From: a virus
DNA length: 64,000 nt
Strand: one strand, 5' to 3'
Virus record (IMG/VR): IMGVR_UViG_3300021197_001898
In this document: in pieces, positions 28,301 through 37,239 of the stretch
How positions within the stretch are numbered: the first letter of the stretch is position 1
Layout of the letters: each line of letters opens with the position of its first letter
Notes under the pieces: model-generated
What the model was told of the DNA's origin: nothing
What the model saw: only the letters and a program-made list of their open reading frames with translations
Database searches by the model: none
Translations under genes and position numbers: made by a program

Positions 28301-31300
28301 TTGCGGTTTACCTTGTGGTAAGAAGCTGTCGGACTCGAAGAGGTTACAGAACTGTTATGAGTAACCCCAAATTGCCCTGTTCTGTCCGTAGACCACTCAT
28401 CCAAAGCGAAACGTGGCATCAAGTTTCTATAGTTTAGCGTATTATAGACTGAGTATTGGTTTGTCGCCACATCCAAACCAGGACCACCAAGCGAATCGCC
28501 TGCAGTTTCAGGTCCGCCGGGAGCAGAGAATCTGTTTACAAATACATTCTTTCTCTTTGGTCTCTCGAACTTTCTTCTTTCGTTTATCTCGACAAAGAAA
28601 GGAGAGTTGCTGGTTTTTTCTACTGGCTCTACAGATCCGGTCCTTATCAAGAAAGCAGGGGACATCTCCACCGACGTTCCTTGTACTATTTCATAGTTGT
28701 GCTTGTAGTTACCGATATTTAGAACAACTTCTTTTGCCTGAGTGCTTGCTGTTGTCTTTATGTTTCTTATGTTGACAGGGCGCTTAGCAACAGGATCCCT
28801 CAGTATTCTAGCTCTATTGTGAGCACTAGAGGTAAGTGATACGTTAAAAGTGCCGGGTGGTTCGTGATTTAAGGCAAACAAGTCAGGGGATGTAACATAT
28901 AGTTGACCCTGAGACATTGTAATGTGGAAAGCTTCAGATCTTCTGCCGGCGGTATCCAGACTCATTGTCGGGAAACTCTCTGCGGTGTCAAGCTTCTTTG
29001 GCCTCATAATGTTTAAGTGCTGGTGACGGTGCTCGTGACCACCGACCCAATGCTGTGTGAACGGAGATTGAATTGGTATCTCTCTATCATCGCCGTATGC
29101 GTCAGAGTGAAGGTTGGTTATGTCAACACTCTTTTTGAAATGCCTGTATATCTCAGACTTGTAGTCCACCGGAGTGTCTATTGAGGAGCTGTACAAACTG
29201 AAAGGAGCGACGATATCTGCATCAAAGTCATTTCCTGTTCCGCTTATATCTGCAGACGCTCTTGCCTTCTTCTTTTCAAACACCTCTGACCCTAATCCAT
29301 TGCCGTACCGAGGATGGACAATGTCTGTGCCTTCCTTTCCAAAGTCAACATCTGAACCACTGATTCTTATATAATCCAGTGCGCCTGGATTTGTGGTGCT
29401 GAGGTAGAAGTCTTTCTTTTTATTTAAGTGAAAATTGTCGCCACCATGAATCACTGGCTGCAGCTTCATAGACAATCGATATGGTCGCGTCAGCGCTCTA
29501 AGCGCGTAAGTAGATCCTGAAACTTGGGCGTGTATTATTCTGTTTAAAGTGTCTCTCTGCTTGTCGGCTGCGGCGTTAATCGACGATATCTCAGAATTAC
29601 TTCTTTCCGCCCTCTCTTTCCAATAAAGAGCGTTGGTGTTCTGCGGGCGAGGAGACTGAGGAATTGTCGAATGCCCGTAGCGCCAAGGGTAAACCAGCTC
29701 CCCGATGCCCACTATGCCGGCGATCTCTGGCTCTGTAGACTTGCTGTCTAGAATTGGTATCTTTGACCAATATTTGTTTCTTTCAAGAACGTGACTCTCG
29801 ATCATCGTTCTTACATCTTCTGAGAAGTTTGCAGAGGCCGGCTTCAACTGGTCCAGGACGATTGACAGAGAGGAGTCTATCCATTTGTAGAACTCTAAGT
29901 ACTTTTCGATGCTTGGAGTGTTTTCCACCCTCTCATAAAACAGCTGCCTTAACTTTTCCATCGACTTATAATTTGGACGGTATCTGTTTACTGGGTCTCC
30001 TGCAATATTGCTAAAATCTTTTATTGTTGCAAACATATCGAGCATCTCTTCAGAGATGGTTCGATACATGCTCTTTTCAATGGAAAAGAAGTGATTTACC
30101 GGTCTAGACTCTCTCGTATACGTTCTATCGTCGTTAGTTAGAATGCTAACCATATTGGTGCTTTGCACGCTCTCTGGTAGCTGCTGACGGGCCGTTTGAA
30201 GGTAAGCTATAGCAACACTAGCGGTAGTTTCGGACGGGAAATTAATTCCTCTTCCGGGGTGATTTGAACCAACAACATCACCGATCCATCCGTAGTCTCT
30301 TTTGTGAGTCACGGAGCCAGAAGATATGTCCTCTATCACTAGATTGCCACCGACTGTTGATCCTGTTACAGATCCAAAATCCCAGCTAAGTGCGAGGGTT
30401 TCGATCTCCGGGACAGGATTGTCAAGGCTCGGTTGGAATGCATATGCGTTGCGCAGTGGATGCTCAACACCATAAGACTTTGGATCGATAGCGTGTGCCC
30501 TGATCGTTTCGTTATTAAGATATGTTGCCCAGTGTCGCAAATGTGAAACCTGAACATCAGAGAGGCACAACGCAGAACCCGTAAAGTTTTGCCTATGCGC
30601 ACCGATGAACAATCTCTTAGAATATTGATGGAACCTTTGTCCCTGTGCCGTTGTCAATGACTTAGACAACAAGAACTCACCATCTGTTTCGCCAGCGTCT
30701 GTTTTGACACCAAAGAACTCTAAGTTATAAGAGTTTGTAGAACCTGATATCGTGCTTCCGTAAGTTCCGTTCGGGGCGACGCGGACGGCGAAGTTCCACT
30801 TTTGTCCAGAATACACGTTATGGAATATCTCTGTTTCTAGTGGAGTTATTATTCCAGAAGTAGACTTGACTACAAACTTAGCATTCTTGGAGTCTTCTCT
30901 TTGTTTGACTGCATATACCTCAAAGTTCGCAAAGTCTTTTGCTGAGGCCTTCCAAGTTAAATCGGAGGCTGCTCCGTGACTGTCTAGAACGGTGTGGGCT
31001 CCGAACAAAGAAGAAGATATCGGAGAGTCAAAGTGAAGCTTTGATCTTGGCTTGTGACGGAAGGGAAATACTATTTCTGCTTCTGTCGTGAAAGACAAGC
31101 CAACTGTAGGATCATTGGCGTGGGCACCAGTTATATATCCAGATGTTGGAAAGTCTGTTGGGTCTGGTGAGTGGTCCAAACTAGAGCTATATTGGAAGAC
31201 TGTTGCGGCAAAGCTTCCGGGTCGGTTAAAGTTAATGCATTTTGTCTTGTAGCTGCCGACACGATAGTTTTGTTCAACCGGATAATCAACTCCGTCTGCA

Positions 31301-33096
31301 TAAGTGTTTAACTTGATCAACTCATCATCAATACCGTAACAGCGAATAAGGTTTCTAAATGCTCTTTCTGTTCCCTTTGACTTATAAATGTGTGCTATGT
31401 TATTATAGATGTTTCTGTATATGACATTCTTAACATCTTCTAGCTTTTGCTCGAACTCTTTTTCTTCGTCTCTATTTGCCAAAGAAGCCAAGACGTCTGC
31501 ATCTATGAATACCTCAGGCGTCTCGAAGCCGACTGAAGCCAGTACCCTATCCATAAATGGGTTGGGCTTCTTTTCATAATCTTCGTTCTTTATGTGCTTT
31601 AGCTTCGAAAGAGACTCAATCTGGAAAAAGAGAGTGTCAAAGTAGCTTCCCATTATCTGAGATAGCTTTTTAAGCTCTCCTCCTGTTTGGCCCTCGTCTT
31701 CTACTATCCAACCTGGGAAAGAGTGATAGATGCAAGAATTGCTATTTACATCGTGGTTGCGACCAAATTCTAAAGTATCATCGATATATTTGTTAACTTT
31801 TGGATTCTCTGTGTGTATGATCGGGTCTGCGAACTCTGTCAAAGAAGCAGAGGATTGTATCATTGCAGACTTTATACTTCTAGAGTCTGTTGAATAGCCA
31901 GTCCACGCGCCGTTGGTCACTCGACCCGAATAATCTAAAACAACATTATCGATACTGCTTGTTAGGGTTATGCCTTCGTTAAACTTGTAGTAGACTCCCA
32001 AGTCTGTATTTGGGTCATCCGTGTTTGTTCCGCCATGTACCTGAGTGAACCAGTGACGACCAATATCTTTTGCTGACCTTCTTGTCTTCCAGAACCTGAA
32101 CTCGTCGATCGAACCTGAAAGCTTTCCATAGCCCAAGCCAGGATTTACTGTCTCGCCAGACTCTCTTCCCTTTTGCCCGATATCTTTACCGGCGGCGAGG
32201 GATCCGATTGTCCCAACAATTGCCGTATTCAGGCTACCCACTGAGGAACCGGTCAAAATAGTATGGTTCATCTCTCCGTCAACATACATTCTATAATTGA
32301 CTTGACTTCCTGTATTCTGGAAGGTGAAGGCGTAATGGTGCCAGTCTCCGTCCGAAGCGCTAGTGTGGAGTCCAGCAGTACCTGAAACAAAAAGATTCTT
32401 TATCCCTGCAGAGCCAGAACGATATGTGACAACCCAAGGGGAATTGCCATCAGAATTCGAGCTATCAAGCTCTATAGTTAAGCGTCCATATTTGTGATCG
32501 CCGACATATGATCCCGTAGTCCACGCGTCGAACAGCACCTCTCTTTTTGTCAGTGATTGATAGGCTGATTTCTTGAGCCAAAACTCAACTGTGTTTCCTT
32601 TGTTACCGTCAATCTCCAAGTTCGATGATCTGTTGCTGGAGGTGTTCCAAATGTTGTCGACGTTCGGACCACCCTTTATATAAATGTATTCCTTTGTTGT
32701 CGGGTTTCCATAACTTCCGGATGTGGAAGTTCTACTGCCCCAACCTGTCGGCGAGAATACTGCGTGACCGTGTGATCTTGGATATCCGTTATCAAAAACG
32801 TGAAGGTCTAGGCCATTCGACTCGTTAACCCACTTTATCTTTTCGTAAGAAGACCCGTCATAGGGGTAAGATTGGTATATTCTTTTTATTGCAGCGTCGT
32901 AATACTCTTCCGCGAGGCCGAACTTAGAAAAATTAGACGCAGTGGTATAATCGACATGCGGTTCGAAGCGCATTTTTCTTTTGATGTATTCGTCAACATA
33001 TCTTCCGGACTCAACGTCTTGGGTAAGACCGTTGACGTTTAGCTCCGGAAGGATGTGCTTCGAACCCGCTTTGCTAAAAAGATTCTTTAAACTCAT
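22342..33096 (-). CDS. Giant baseplate/tail protein with LamG (concanavalin A-like) domains
   Basis: 3584 aa. LamG motifs TVEFWLK...DWHHYAFTF...MYVDG...IDEFRFW (about 31970-32620), a degenerate copy (about 30380-31110), and SLSMW...WYHIMLSY...IYLNG...MDEVSIWN (about 24940-25690). Confidence 0.75.
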   Translation of the reverse strand: MSLKNLFSKAGSKHILPELNVNGLTQDVESGRYVDEYIKRKMRFEPHVDYTTASNFSKFGLAEEYYDAAIKRIYQSYPYDGSSYEKIKWVNESNGLDLHVFDNGYPRSHGHAVFSPTGWGSRTSTSGSYGNPTTKEYIYIKGGPNVDNIWNTSSNRSSNLEIDGNKGNTVEFWLKKSAYQSLTKREVLFDAWTTGSYVGDHKYGRLTIELDSSNSDGNSPWVVTYRSGSAGIKNLFVSGTAGLHTSASDGDWHHYAFTFQNTGSQVNYRMYVDGEMNHTILTGSSVGSLNTAIVGTIGSLAAGKDIGQKGRESGETVNPGLGYGKLSGSIDEFRFWKTRRSAKDIGRHWFTQVHGGTNTDDPNTDLGVYYKFNEGITLTSSIDNVVLDYSGRVTNGAWTGYSTDSRSIKSAMIQSSASLTEFADPIIHTENPKVNKYIDDTLEFGRNHDVNSNSCIYHSFPGWIVEDEGQTGGELKKLSQIMGSYFDTLFFQIESLSKLKHIKNEDYEKKPNPFMDRVLASVGFETPEVFIDADVLASLANRDEEKEFEQKLEDVKNVIYRNIYNNIAHIYKSKGTERAFRNLIRCYGIDDELIKLNTYADGVDYPVEQNYRVGSYKTKCINFNRPGSFAATVFQYSSSLDHSPDPTDFPTSGYITGAHANDPTVGLSFTTEAEIVFPFRHKPRSKLHFDSPISSSLFGAHTVLDSHGAASDLTWKASAKDFANFEVYAVKQREDSKNAKFVVKSTSGIITPLETEIFHNVYSGQKWNFAVRVAPNGTYGSTISGSTNSYNLEFFGVKTDAGETDGEFLLSKSLTTAQGQRFHQYSKRLFIGAHRQNFTGSALCLSDVQVSHLRHWATYLNNETIRAHAIDPKSYGVEHPLRNAYAFQPSLDNPVPEIETLALSWDFGSVTGSTVGGNLVIEDISSGSVTHKRDYGWIGDVVGSNHPGRGINFPSETTASVAIAYLQTARQQLPESVQSTNMVSILTNDDRTYTRESRPVNHFFSIEKSMYRTISEEMLDMFATIKDFSNIAGDPVNRYRPNYKSMEKLRQLFYERVENTPSIEKYLEFYKWIDSSLSIVLDQLKPASANFSEDVRTMIESHVLERNKYWSKIPILDSKSTEPEIAGIVGIGELVYPWRYGHSTIPQSPRPQNTNALYWKERAERSNSEISSINAAADKQRDTLNRIIHAQVSGSTYALRALTRPYRLSMKLQPVIHGGDNFHLNKKKDFYLSTTNPGALDYIRISGSDVDFGKEGTDIVHPRYGNGLGSEVFEKKKARASADISGTGNDFDADIVAPFSLYSSSIDTPVDYKSEIYRHFKKSVDITNLHSDAYGDDREIPIQSPFTQHWVGGHEHRHQHLNIMRPKKLDTAESFPTMSLDTAGRRSEAFHITMSQGQLYVTSPDLFALNHEPPGTFNVSLTSSAHNRARILRDPVAKRPVNIRNIKTTASTQAKEVVLNIGNYKHNYEIVQGTSVEMSPAFLIRTGSVEPVEKTSNSPFFVEINERRKFERPKRKNVFVNRFSAPGGPETAGDSLGGPGLDVATNQYSVYNTLNYRNLMPRFALDEWSTDRTGQFGVTHNSSVTSSSPTASYHKVNRNPIYVATGSDETGQECRPKYDNQFVQHQIPRTDLGYSWIKASTIETTCSYSRLESDFTYPKAQSDETVYQTNLANSVDFDSPRFLSASTRGLHSAEANKLLSYREDHALTDQPDPGIPTDFLGLNSVIYEHISESNNTLGGLAPIDSLGGLLTGSIEGNKNVSTLNHILLNRGALYGHSSWKQMRAGDHPVARKLRRENIVSIAVRRDALTSNSFTPAPFAVNNYSWPEVIDHISARNARNVSTQRYRFTESAVTSKFKPLRSADMLSVAAGAASAYGSFRAAVEDSGRGNSFIAANKVTYGNDMVSFSNPELVNLLQINEREKAKFLGSKISPSALQTLYSETIFPRDVNSYTSKARGRENFIIDWWSPERSDRIKTSVLNSQNSSSADTSIWPLDAQVNFGKDKEFSLGGDNTLGGFGEGELMTTHGLFRTGSSRYAPSASAFYSRRFPETPICYSIEIMEEGNQFPSRSLGFYVNLPGKSQQILVRYSTSDTVLYTQDNRTNYTYIKKTDRTPEQMASASVGLLNQVFDPTKNNTFDSFKGMFTASLDPNNSRRWFFRYLGSFENEEFGVPPVDGDDSRGHQSTRQGFVSWYHSQKQTDPTMYDAVNYIERSKFVKFKMHNTTYLGGAAKWEAGNPFPYDNYQSWAEQIRLMGKDYSVIPEFRISEHMPHYEGKQSSDPFYECPISSQFSLTGAADDYSDSSKGEFFKVLGHSDFIKYFDVVKEDHEEIGMSEDSLTLRCKALKKFLPYDGLYPAQRTLQMATLFSQSYGQFMNPNPMGSWQTALKPFYAPGIAYNSIKSGIAVDYPIYEPTKDREFNRFCTRFKANTRNYVDIGGAEKWATLFTGSNSPGTPSRNNFGTGSSGMHLDSGSIAGRGVSLSMWCNFYKDPDSNVPTSPNQASQETTSGSLVMFGDTHAFHNANATGIEFRKEGGLLVFGIHHTSSYKVWRTTGSCLSQNSKWYHIMLSYEWGNSTNPAIYLNGNAMGVESSASNGTFEFGGAEDDSSRMGTSILSSSGGRTDRSNDTANGAYRNRSNCTIGLHRYEHDKNDEMSKLYKSLPVHMDEVSIWNTPLPAAAATGLYGGGISGSRGPWIPDWCVPKSYQPSLIGWFRMGDDTGYVHDGGSPSTGMTNQMFMLNRARSAPRSHILTNMSGVFAGFTDAWTTVAKVASSGVGLFTNGGSYQRGCGIKDVRELEGSPASYTSPDSHRKVALTGALMYPSFITGSRWNETQDSGIARIGSASWGVSRAGYFGSDALDNPSRTSDLTRLFQNNWWGRGQKAAHGIDKVTRVPFEAIVDPKLYAPVNLKTVNGSNFVIYDNEPHPSASLHAANWTRNVNSTDHTHQTSSWGTPLNSSQITSSFNLDSINASRSGFDQYSLAANNFFAESMTFFLKDGHGTVIATNDRLEEQVDLQKTYKMRIKLLRDPSGDFPMYNRASAFGPPVDAGDEGFTSEKFVHGSLMPAGGGDRGVFMNAWGYAPFTPPHYDGFAEVEYSFRPSLSGSYTKISDVLERISTKLTDNHIKSNRMTNITGSWPVLDHFGGQTNSDMVDDSLLITTSSLNKSTSMQLSASFYGMGLEDKSIVPVFENTRDNQTIMRDFWAIQTKFECPTFDFRNVSASSPVPPGLTKTIGMWHQSPNNVNESPIQIQILPPGLDSGASDLSTLLGLSFVEAGVRKPNRKAKKVGTLAETKTIKEAVVAVPFIEGADGQRDFFGLRRNEVYKAVQNAGYADYKKDHLDRAENSNVRKGARGGRSRARANEQGPTPITVRPSIQSMVGKMLGYVIPPKMNFLKYNDRTSGKYVDPFVMYLFEFEHTLQKKDLAALWQNLPPDIARDDFHNSDVDAIKEESVVSHELGGDLDLLSGNLNKDVKWLVFKVKQRAETNYFKKMARDKLPLGHPGRSLSVENDIYEYGFNWPYDYFSLVELVKLDAELGFIKNEDSANPPEPEDVLDVIRRANLQSDEGSDKEAVVPFAMIVPKEDE

Positions 33097-35034
33097 TTAT
33101 CTATCAACTCTAAATTTGAAAACCTTGTCCTGAACGACATACCTACCATCGATATCGTATGCGAACTGAATCCCGTAAGAATATCCAGATTCGAATATCG
33201 ACATCTCTAAATCAAAATAGTTCCCATCCTTATCATATGACAGGCGCGTATACTTATTCTGCGTGCCGCTGCCAGTGCCGAAAGGAAGGACCTCGAACTC
33301 ATCTATTATTCTAAAGACGCGATAGTATGCGTTGTCTATCGTCGTCGGTTCTGCCGTGTTAGAAGCAACAGTATAAATGTTTGGCTGCCAATCTTTAGGG
33401 CGAACGAATAATCTAAATCTAGCCTTATCACTTTGAGAATAAGAGGATTTAAGATTCTTTATTGTAGTCACATAAGAGGTGCTCGGGTTATAGACCAGAG
33501 AATCCATCTTCTTTACATTAAATACGGAACCGGTAACAAGTTGTATGCCTTGAGAAACTCCCGATGGCTTGCTCCAAACTTCGAAGATCTCACCTTCAGA
33601 TCCAGTAAAGGCAACAGAAGCGGAATATATGCCGGTACTGACCCATCCGCCGGTCACAACTGTTGCACCTTCGACTGTAACGCCACCACCAATTGGTAAT
33701 GTTTTCGCCTTTATGACCTGATTTTTTATGTTTCCAGACGGAAATAGCTGAAGATTTATCTGAGTATGGGCATCATTGCTTCCGGAAGCACCACCGAGGA
33801 CTGGAATATTTCTAAGTTGTCCTCTGACATAGTTGTATAAGTATATTGTATTCAAGTTGTCAGCGCCGTTGGCCAAAGAACTGCTTCTGAAGAAGTTGTT
33901 TCTATCGTCTCGCTTGGAATCATCCCAACGAGCTTCAATCTGTGGGCGCTTATAAAAGAATTCCGACCCTCTTGCGAAGAACTTCTTTGTGTAGTAAGAC
34001 CTGTTTAACGACCCATCCTCATAAGATCCAGACATTTTAAGCATAACACCGTAATTCTCTCTATCTGAATCTACGGTTGACTCTGCTGCAATCCACTCTT
34101 CAACGAGGGCAGTTATGTTCAGCTCTAGGTTTTCGGTACCGTGCTGGAAGTTCTTCATATAGTGAGGAAGGTTTCTTCCTGCAGTGTATCCGACTTCGTG
34201 GAAATCCCCGCCCTCTGAGGACCATCTAGTTTTTCCGCCGTACTGAGCGATATTTACAGTTAAGTGATCTGTAGATACCGTTCCCTGGTAAGATCCTGAC
34301 ACGCCTTTTGATCCTGTTGTCGTTATTCTTACTGTTGCCCCTGTTGCGTCGCCTGTGTCTTCGAAAGACACAGAAGCCGACAAGCCTGTTTCATACGTCT
34401 TTATCGATCCGCTCAACACGTTTGCCATCGCTTTGACTGTGCTCATGTTGCCAGTTAAAGGAACTATAACTTCTATGCCTGGCACAGAACCAGAGAAGGA
34501 CTCACCAACCTGAGTCGTAAAGACAAAATTAAATCTTTGATTCTCTGCATTGTAGAGTGAAATGTACTCTTGCTTTAGGTTCTGCTCGTTTGTCGTTATA
34601 AATTTGACGTCTGTCTTTTGAGGCTGCTTTGTTGTTGAAGCCATGATCCAGTTTGAAACACCTTCGTCTGAATATTCTTCCATATCCAGGCCCTGGCCTT
34701 CCGTCCAAGACCGAGAAAGTGGCAAGATATGCATATCAAATTTCTTTGGAAGGGTTTGTCCGTGAGGACAATTAAACATTCTTAAGAAGAATTTAACATT
34801 TCCAGAAAGCGGAATATCACCACTTGTTCTGTCTGACGATATATCACTAACTGGAAACTGGACAAGTGCTCTCGACTTCTCAACGGAGCTAGTCGAGGCA
34901 TGCCCTAGAATCGAAAAGACCTCCAAAACGTCTGACTCGCCCATATTTGAGCCAGTGCCGCGTGTAGATAAATTTGCCTTGTAGGCATTTGTTATTGTAG
35001 TGTCGGCGTTGGCCAGGTATTTTTTAATTGCCAT
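33097..35034 (-). CDS. Putative baseplate structural protein
   Basis: 645 aa immediately downstream of the gp6-like gene. Beta-rich SRALVQF...LRMFN...WTEGQG...GGDF...NYGVMLK motifs resemble DNRLRE-type jelly-roll domains (by eye). Confidence 0.6.
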   Translation of the reverse strand: MAIKKYLANADTTITNAYKANLSTRGTGSNMGESDVLEVFSILGHASTSSVEKSRALVQFPVSDISSDRTSGDIPLSGNVKFFLRMFNCPHGQTLPKKFDMHILPLSRSWTEGQGLDMEEYSDEGVSNWIMASTTKQPQKTDVKFITTNEQNLKQEYISLYNAENQRFNFVFTTQVGESFSGSVPGIEVIVPLTGNMSTVKAMANVLSGSIKTYETGLSASVSFEDTGDATGATVRITTTGSKGVSGSYQGTVSTDHLTVNIAQYGGKTRWSSEGGDFHEVGYTAGRNLPHYMKNFQHGTENLELNITALVEEWIAAESTVDSDRENYGVMLKMSGSYEDGSLNRSYYTKKFFARGSEFFYKRPQIEARWDDSKRDDRNNFFRSSSLANGADNLNTIYLYNYVRGQLRNIPVLGGASGSNDAHTQINLQLFPSGNIKNQVIKAKTLPIGGGVTVEGATVVTGGWVSTGIYSASVAFTGSEGEIFEVWSKPSGVSQGIQLVTGSVFNVKKMDSLVYNPSTSYVTTIKNLKSSYSQSDKARFRLFVRPKDWQPNIYTVASNTAEPTTIDNAYYRVFRIIDEFEVLPFGTGSGTQNKYTRLSYDKDGNYFDLEMSIFESGYSYGIQFAYDIDGRYVVQDKVFKFRVDR

Positions 35035-36827
35035 TATACAATCGTGCCCCTAATGTCCACATCCGGATACTTCAGCTCAAACACCTGTATCTTACCGGGT
35101 GTTACGACTCTTCCATCAGCGGAAGAGTTGCGCGATACATCAAAGTCCAAGCCCGAGTAAGGACCGTTGACCTTGTTGACTATCTCAACACTGACCACGT
35201 CTACTATTTCTTCTATATCTTTTAATACTTTGAAGTAGTCAGATATAACTAGTGGCTCACCTATATCTTTGTGGATCAAAAATGTGTCTTCTATCGCCTT
35301 TGAAGACTTTCTCAAGACTTCGTACTTGTTAGCGTTGTCATCAACCACTATGCTGAAATTTATACCTATGTTAACAATGTGCGCATCTAAGATGTCTATT
35401 GTATCGTTCATCATTCTAACATTATCAAGCCAAGTTTTTAGGTTTAATTTTAGAGTTTTTCCTGATTTTACTAACTCTCCGTCTAAATTCTCGGACAAAA
35501 TGTATAGATTTAGGTTTCTCTTGAACGAATCTTCATCTTTAAAGATCGTGCACCTCTTTATAGCACCAAACTTTCCTGGCATCGCATAAGTCGCTGAGAC
35601 GTAATCTTGTTTTGTCACTGCTCTGTTTTGAGTGGCAAAGTTGCCCATTGCACGAGTCTTGAGTTCCTCGACGGAAGGAAGGCTTACATCTCCGACTATT
35701 GGCTCGTCATTACTCACCTCTATTGAGTTTACGATATAATCTCTCACTCCCGAGTCCAGTGCCGTGACATTGTTAAATTCCACGTCAGCATCGAGGACGC
35801 GGATTATCTGATTCGCTGCAGCATTGACATTTTCGCTAGTGTTCGAGCGATATACCACAGATAGCGTAGTATTTGCCGGGGCAATGCCGAATTTGTCTGT
35901 GGATGTTAATTTTGAAGGGTCGAAGGATGTATCTGATATATAATCCTTTGCATGTCGCTTTAATAGGACACTTGAAGGATCTGCGATAGATCCGCTGACC
36001 ATCTCTGTTTCTGATCCGTATCCAAATTGTATGTTTGTCTGGTCGTCTAAATGCTCCACCGTGTACCTTCTTGGTACAGATACTGCCTTTAGCAAGTTTG
36101 CAACTGTGTCGTTTGCGGCGTTGCTGTTCGCTACCGGCTTAAAAACTGTGTTTTGCGATAAGTGTTCTACCTCGAAGTACTCATGGCCCTCTGCATCGGT
36201 TACCGAAACAATGTCTGAGACGTTTGTACCCGGAACTGAAACCGTAAGGAACCTCTTGAAATCCCCTATTGCTTGCGTATGTTCTAGAAGCTCACCAGAA
36301 ACAACTCGCCCTTCTGACTTGATTGCATAATAAAGCGGGGCGCCAGTGTCCTCATCAACCTTTGCTACGACGATGTCGCTATCTGTGTTTTCGAATGAGA
36401 CGTCTTCTATCAAAGTGAAAGACACATCTGATACTGTTGCTACTCTAGATCCTGCCTTGAGGAGTGGGGCATATCTCATATCCGGTGCACCTGTCGAAGG
36501 AACGACTGGAACCAGTGCGAAGAATTGGCACACTCCGTATGAAGAAGGCGACTTATTAAACTTAAATCCAAGAGTTCTGGATAGCTTTAGAACATTTTGA
36601 TATTCTGCAGCTGTCTGAAGAAAAGACTCGTTTGCCTGGTAGTCAAGATAGAAAGATAGGACATCACCGATATAAGAAACTGTATCGATCATAAGCGACC
36701 CAAAGGACGCTTCGTTAAAATCTTTGAAAGTGTTTGGGTAATATCTTCTTGCGTGCTCTAATAGAGATTCTCGAATTGAAGAAAAATCCCTGTTTGTGTA
36801 CCTTATTGGAACTAGTTTTTTTGGCAT
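35034..36827 (-). CDS. Baseplate wedge protein, T4 gp6 / baseplate J-like
   Basis: YTNRDFSSIRESL...KDFNEASFGSLMIDTVSYIGDVLSFYLDYQANESFLQTA N-terminus and QNRAVTKQDY motif. Confidence 0.9.
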   Translation of the reverse strand: MPKKLVPIRYTNRDFSSIRESLLEHARRYYPNTFKDFNEASFGSLMIDTVSYIGDVLSFYLDYQANESFLQTAAEYQNVLKLSRTLGFKFNKSPSSYGVCQFFALVPVVPSTGAPDMRYAPLLKAGSRVATVSDVSFTLIEDVSFENTDSDIVVAKVDEDTGAPLYYAIKSEGRVVSGELLEHTQAIGDFKRFLTVSVPGTNVSDIVSVTDAEGHEYFEVEHLSQNTVFKPVANSNAANDTVANLLKAVSVPRRYTVEHLDDQTNIQFGYGSETEMVSGSIADPSSVLLKRHAKDYISDTSFDPSKLTSTDKFGIAPANTTLSVVYRSNTSENVNAAANQIIRVLDADVEFNNVTALDSGVRDYIVNSIEVSNDEPIVGDVSLPSVEELKTRAMGNFATQNRAVTKQDYVSATYAMPGKFGAIKRCTIFKDEDSFKRNLNLYILSENLDGELVKSGKTLKLNLKTWLDNVRMMNDTIDILDAHIVNIGINFSIVVDDNANKYEVLRKSSKAIEDTFLIHKDIGEPLVISDYFKVLKDIEEIVDVVSVEIVNKVNGPYSGLDFDVSRNSSADGRVVTPGKIQVFELKYPDVDIRGTIV

Positions 36828-36845
36828 TTTATATTTTCCTCTTTA

Positions 36846-37238
36846 TTAAGTAGTTTCTGTGACACTTATTGCGAGAATATTGACATCACTTAATGACGAA
36901 ACTGTATAGCGTATTTGTATTGTGACAGCGTTTCCAGAGGAAAGTCCCGTATCGTTGTCCTCTTGAAAGTCAATGTCGATGATATTCACGAAAGAAAGGT
37001 ATCTAGAAATTTGTGATCGTATTCTAGTTTCCGCTTCTCCGTACACCCTGTCATTGGCCTGCTCGAACAACAAGCGTCGGATCCCACATCCAAAGTTGGG
37101 ATCCATTACTCTCTCTCCGGGCGATGTTAGTACTAGCATTCTCATATTCTGCCTTACAGCTTCTAAAACTGTTTTGTTCAGCATGAAACCATCTTGCTCG
37201 TCTCTTTGTAAAGGTAATTTTGGTGATATACCTGCCAT
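36846..37238 (-). CDS. Baseplate wedge protein, T4 gp25-like (start corrected to ATG 37238)
   Basis: MAGISPKLPL...VLTSPGERVMDPNFGCGIRRLLFE is the GPW/gp25 signature. The 43-aa longer start in the track overlaps the preceding gene. Confidence 0.9.
   Translation of the reverse strand: MAGISPKLPLQRDEQDGFMLNKTVLEAVRQNMRMLVLTSPGERVMDPNFGCGIRRLLFEQANDRVYGEAETRIRSQISRYLSFVNIIDIDFQEDNDTGLSSGNAVTIQIRYTVSSLSDVNILAISVTETT
36847..36853 (-). promoter_or_regulatory. Candidate late-promoter motif CTACTTA
   Basis: Overlaps the stop of the gp25-like gene, about 20 nt upstream of the gp6-like start. Confidence 0.45.
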
Positions 37239-37239
37239 C

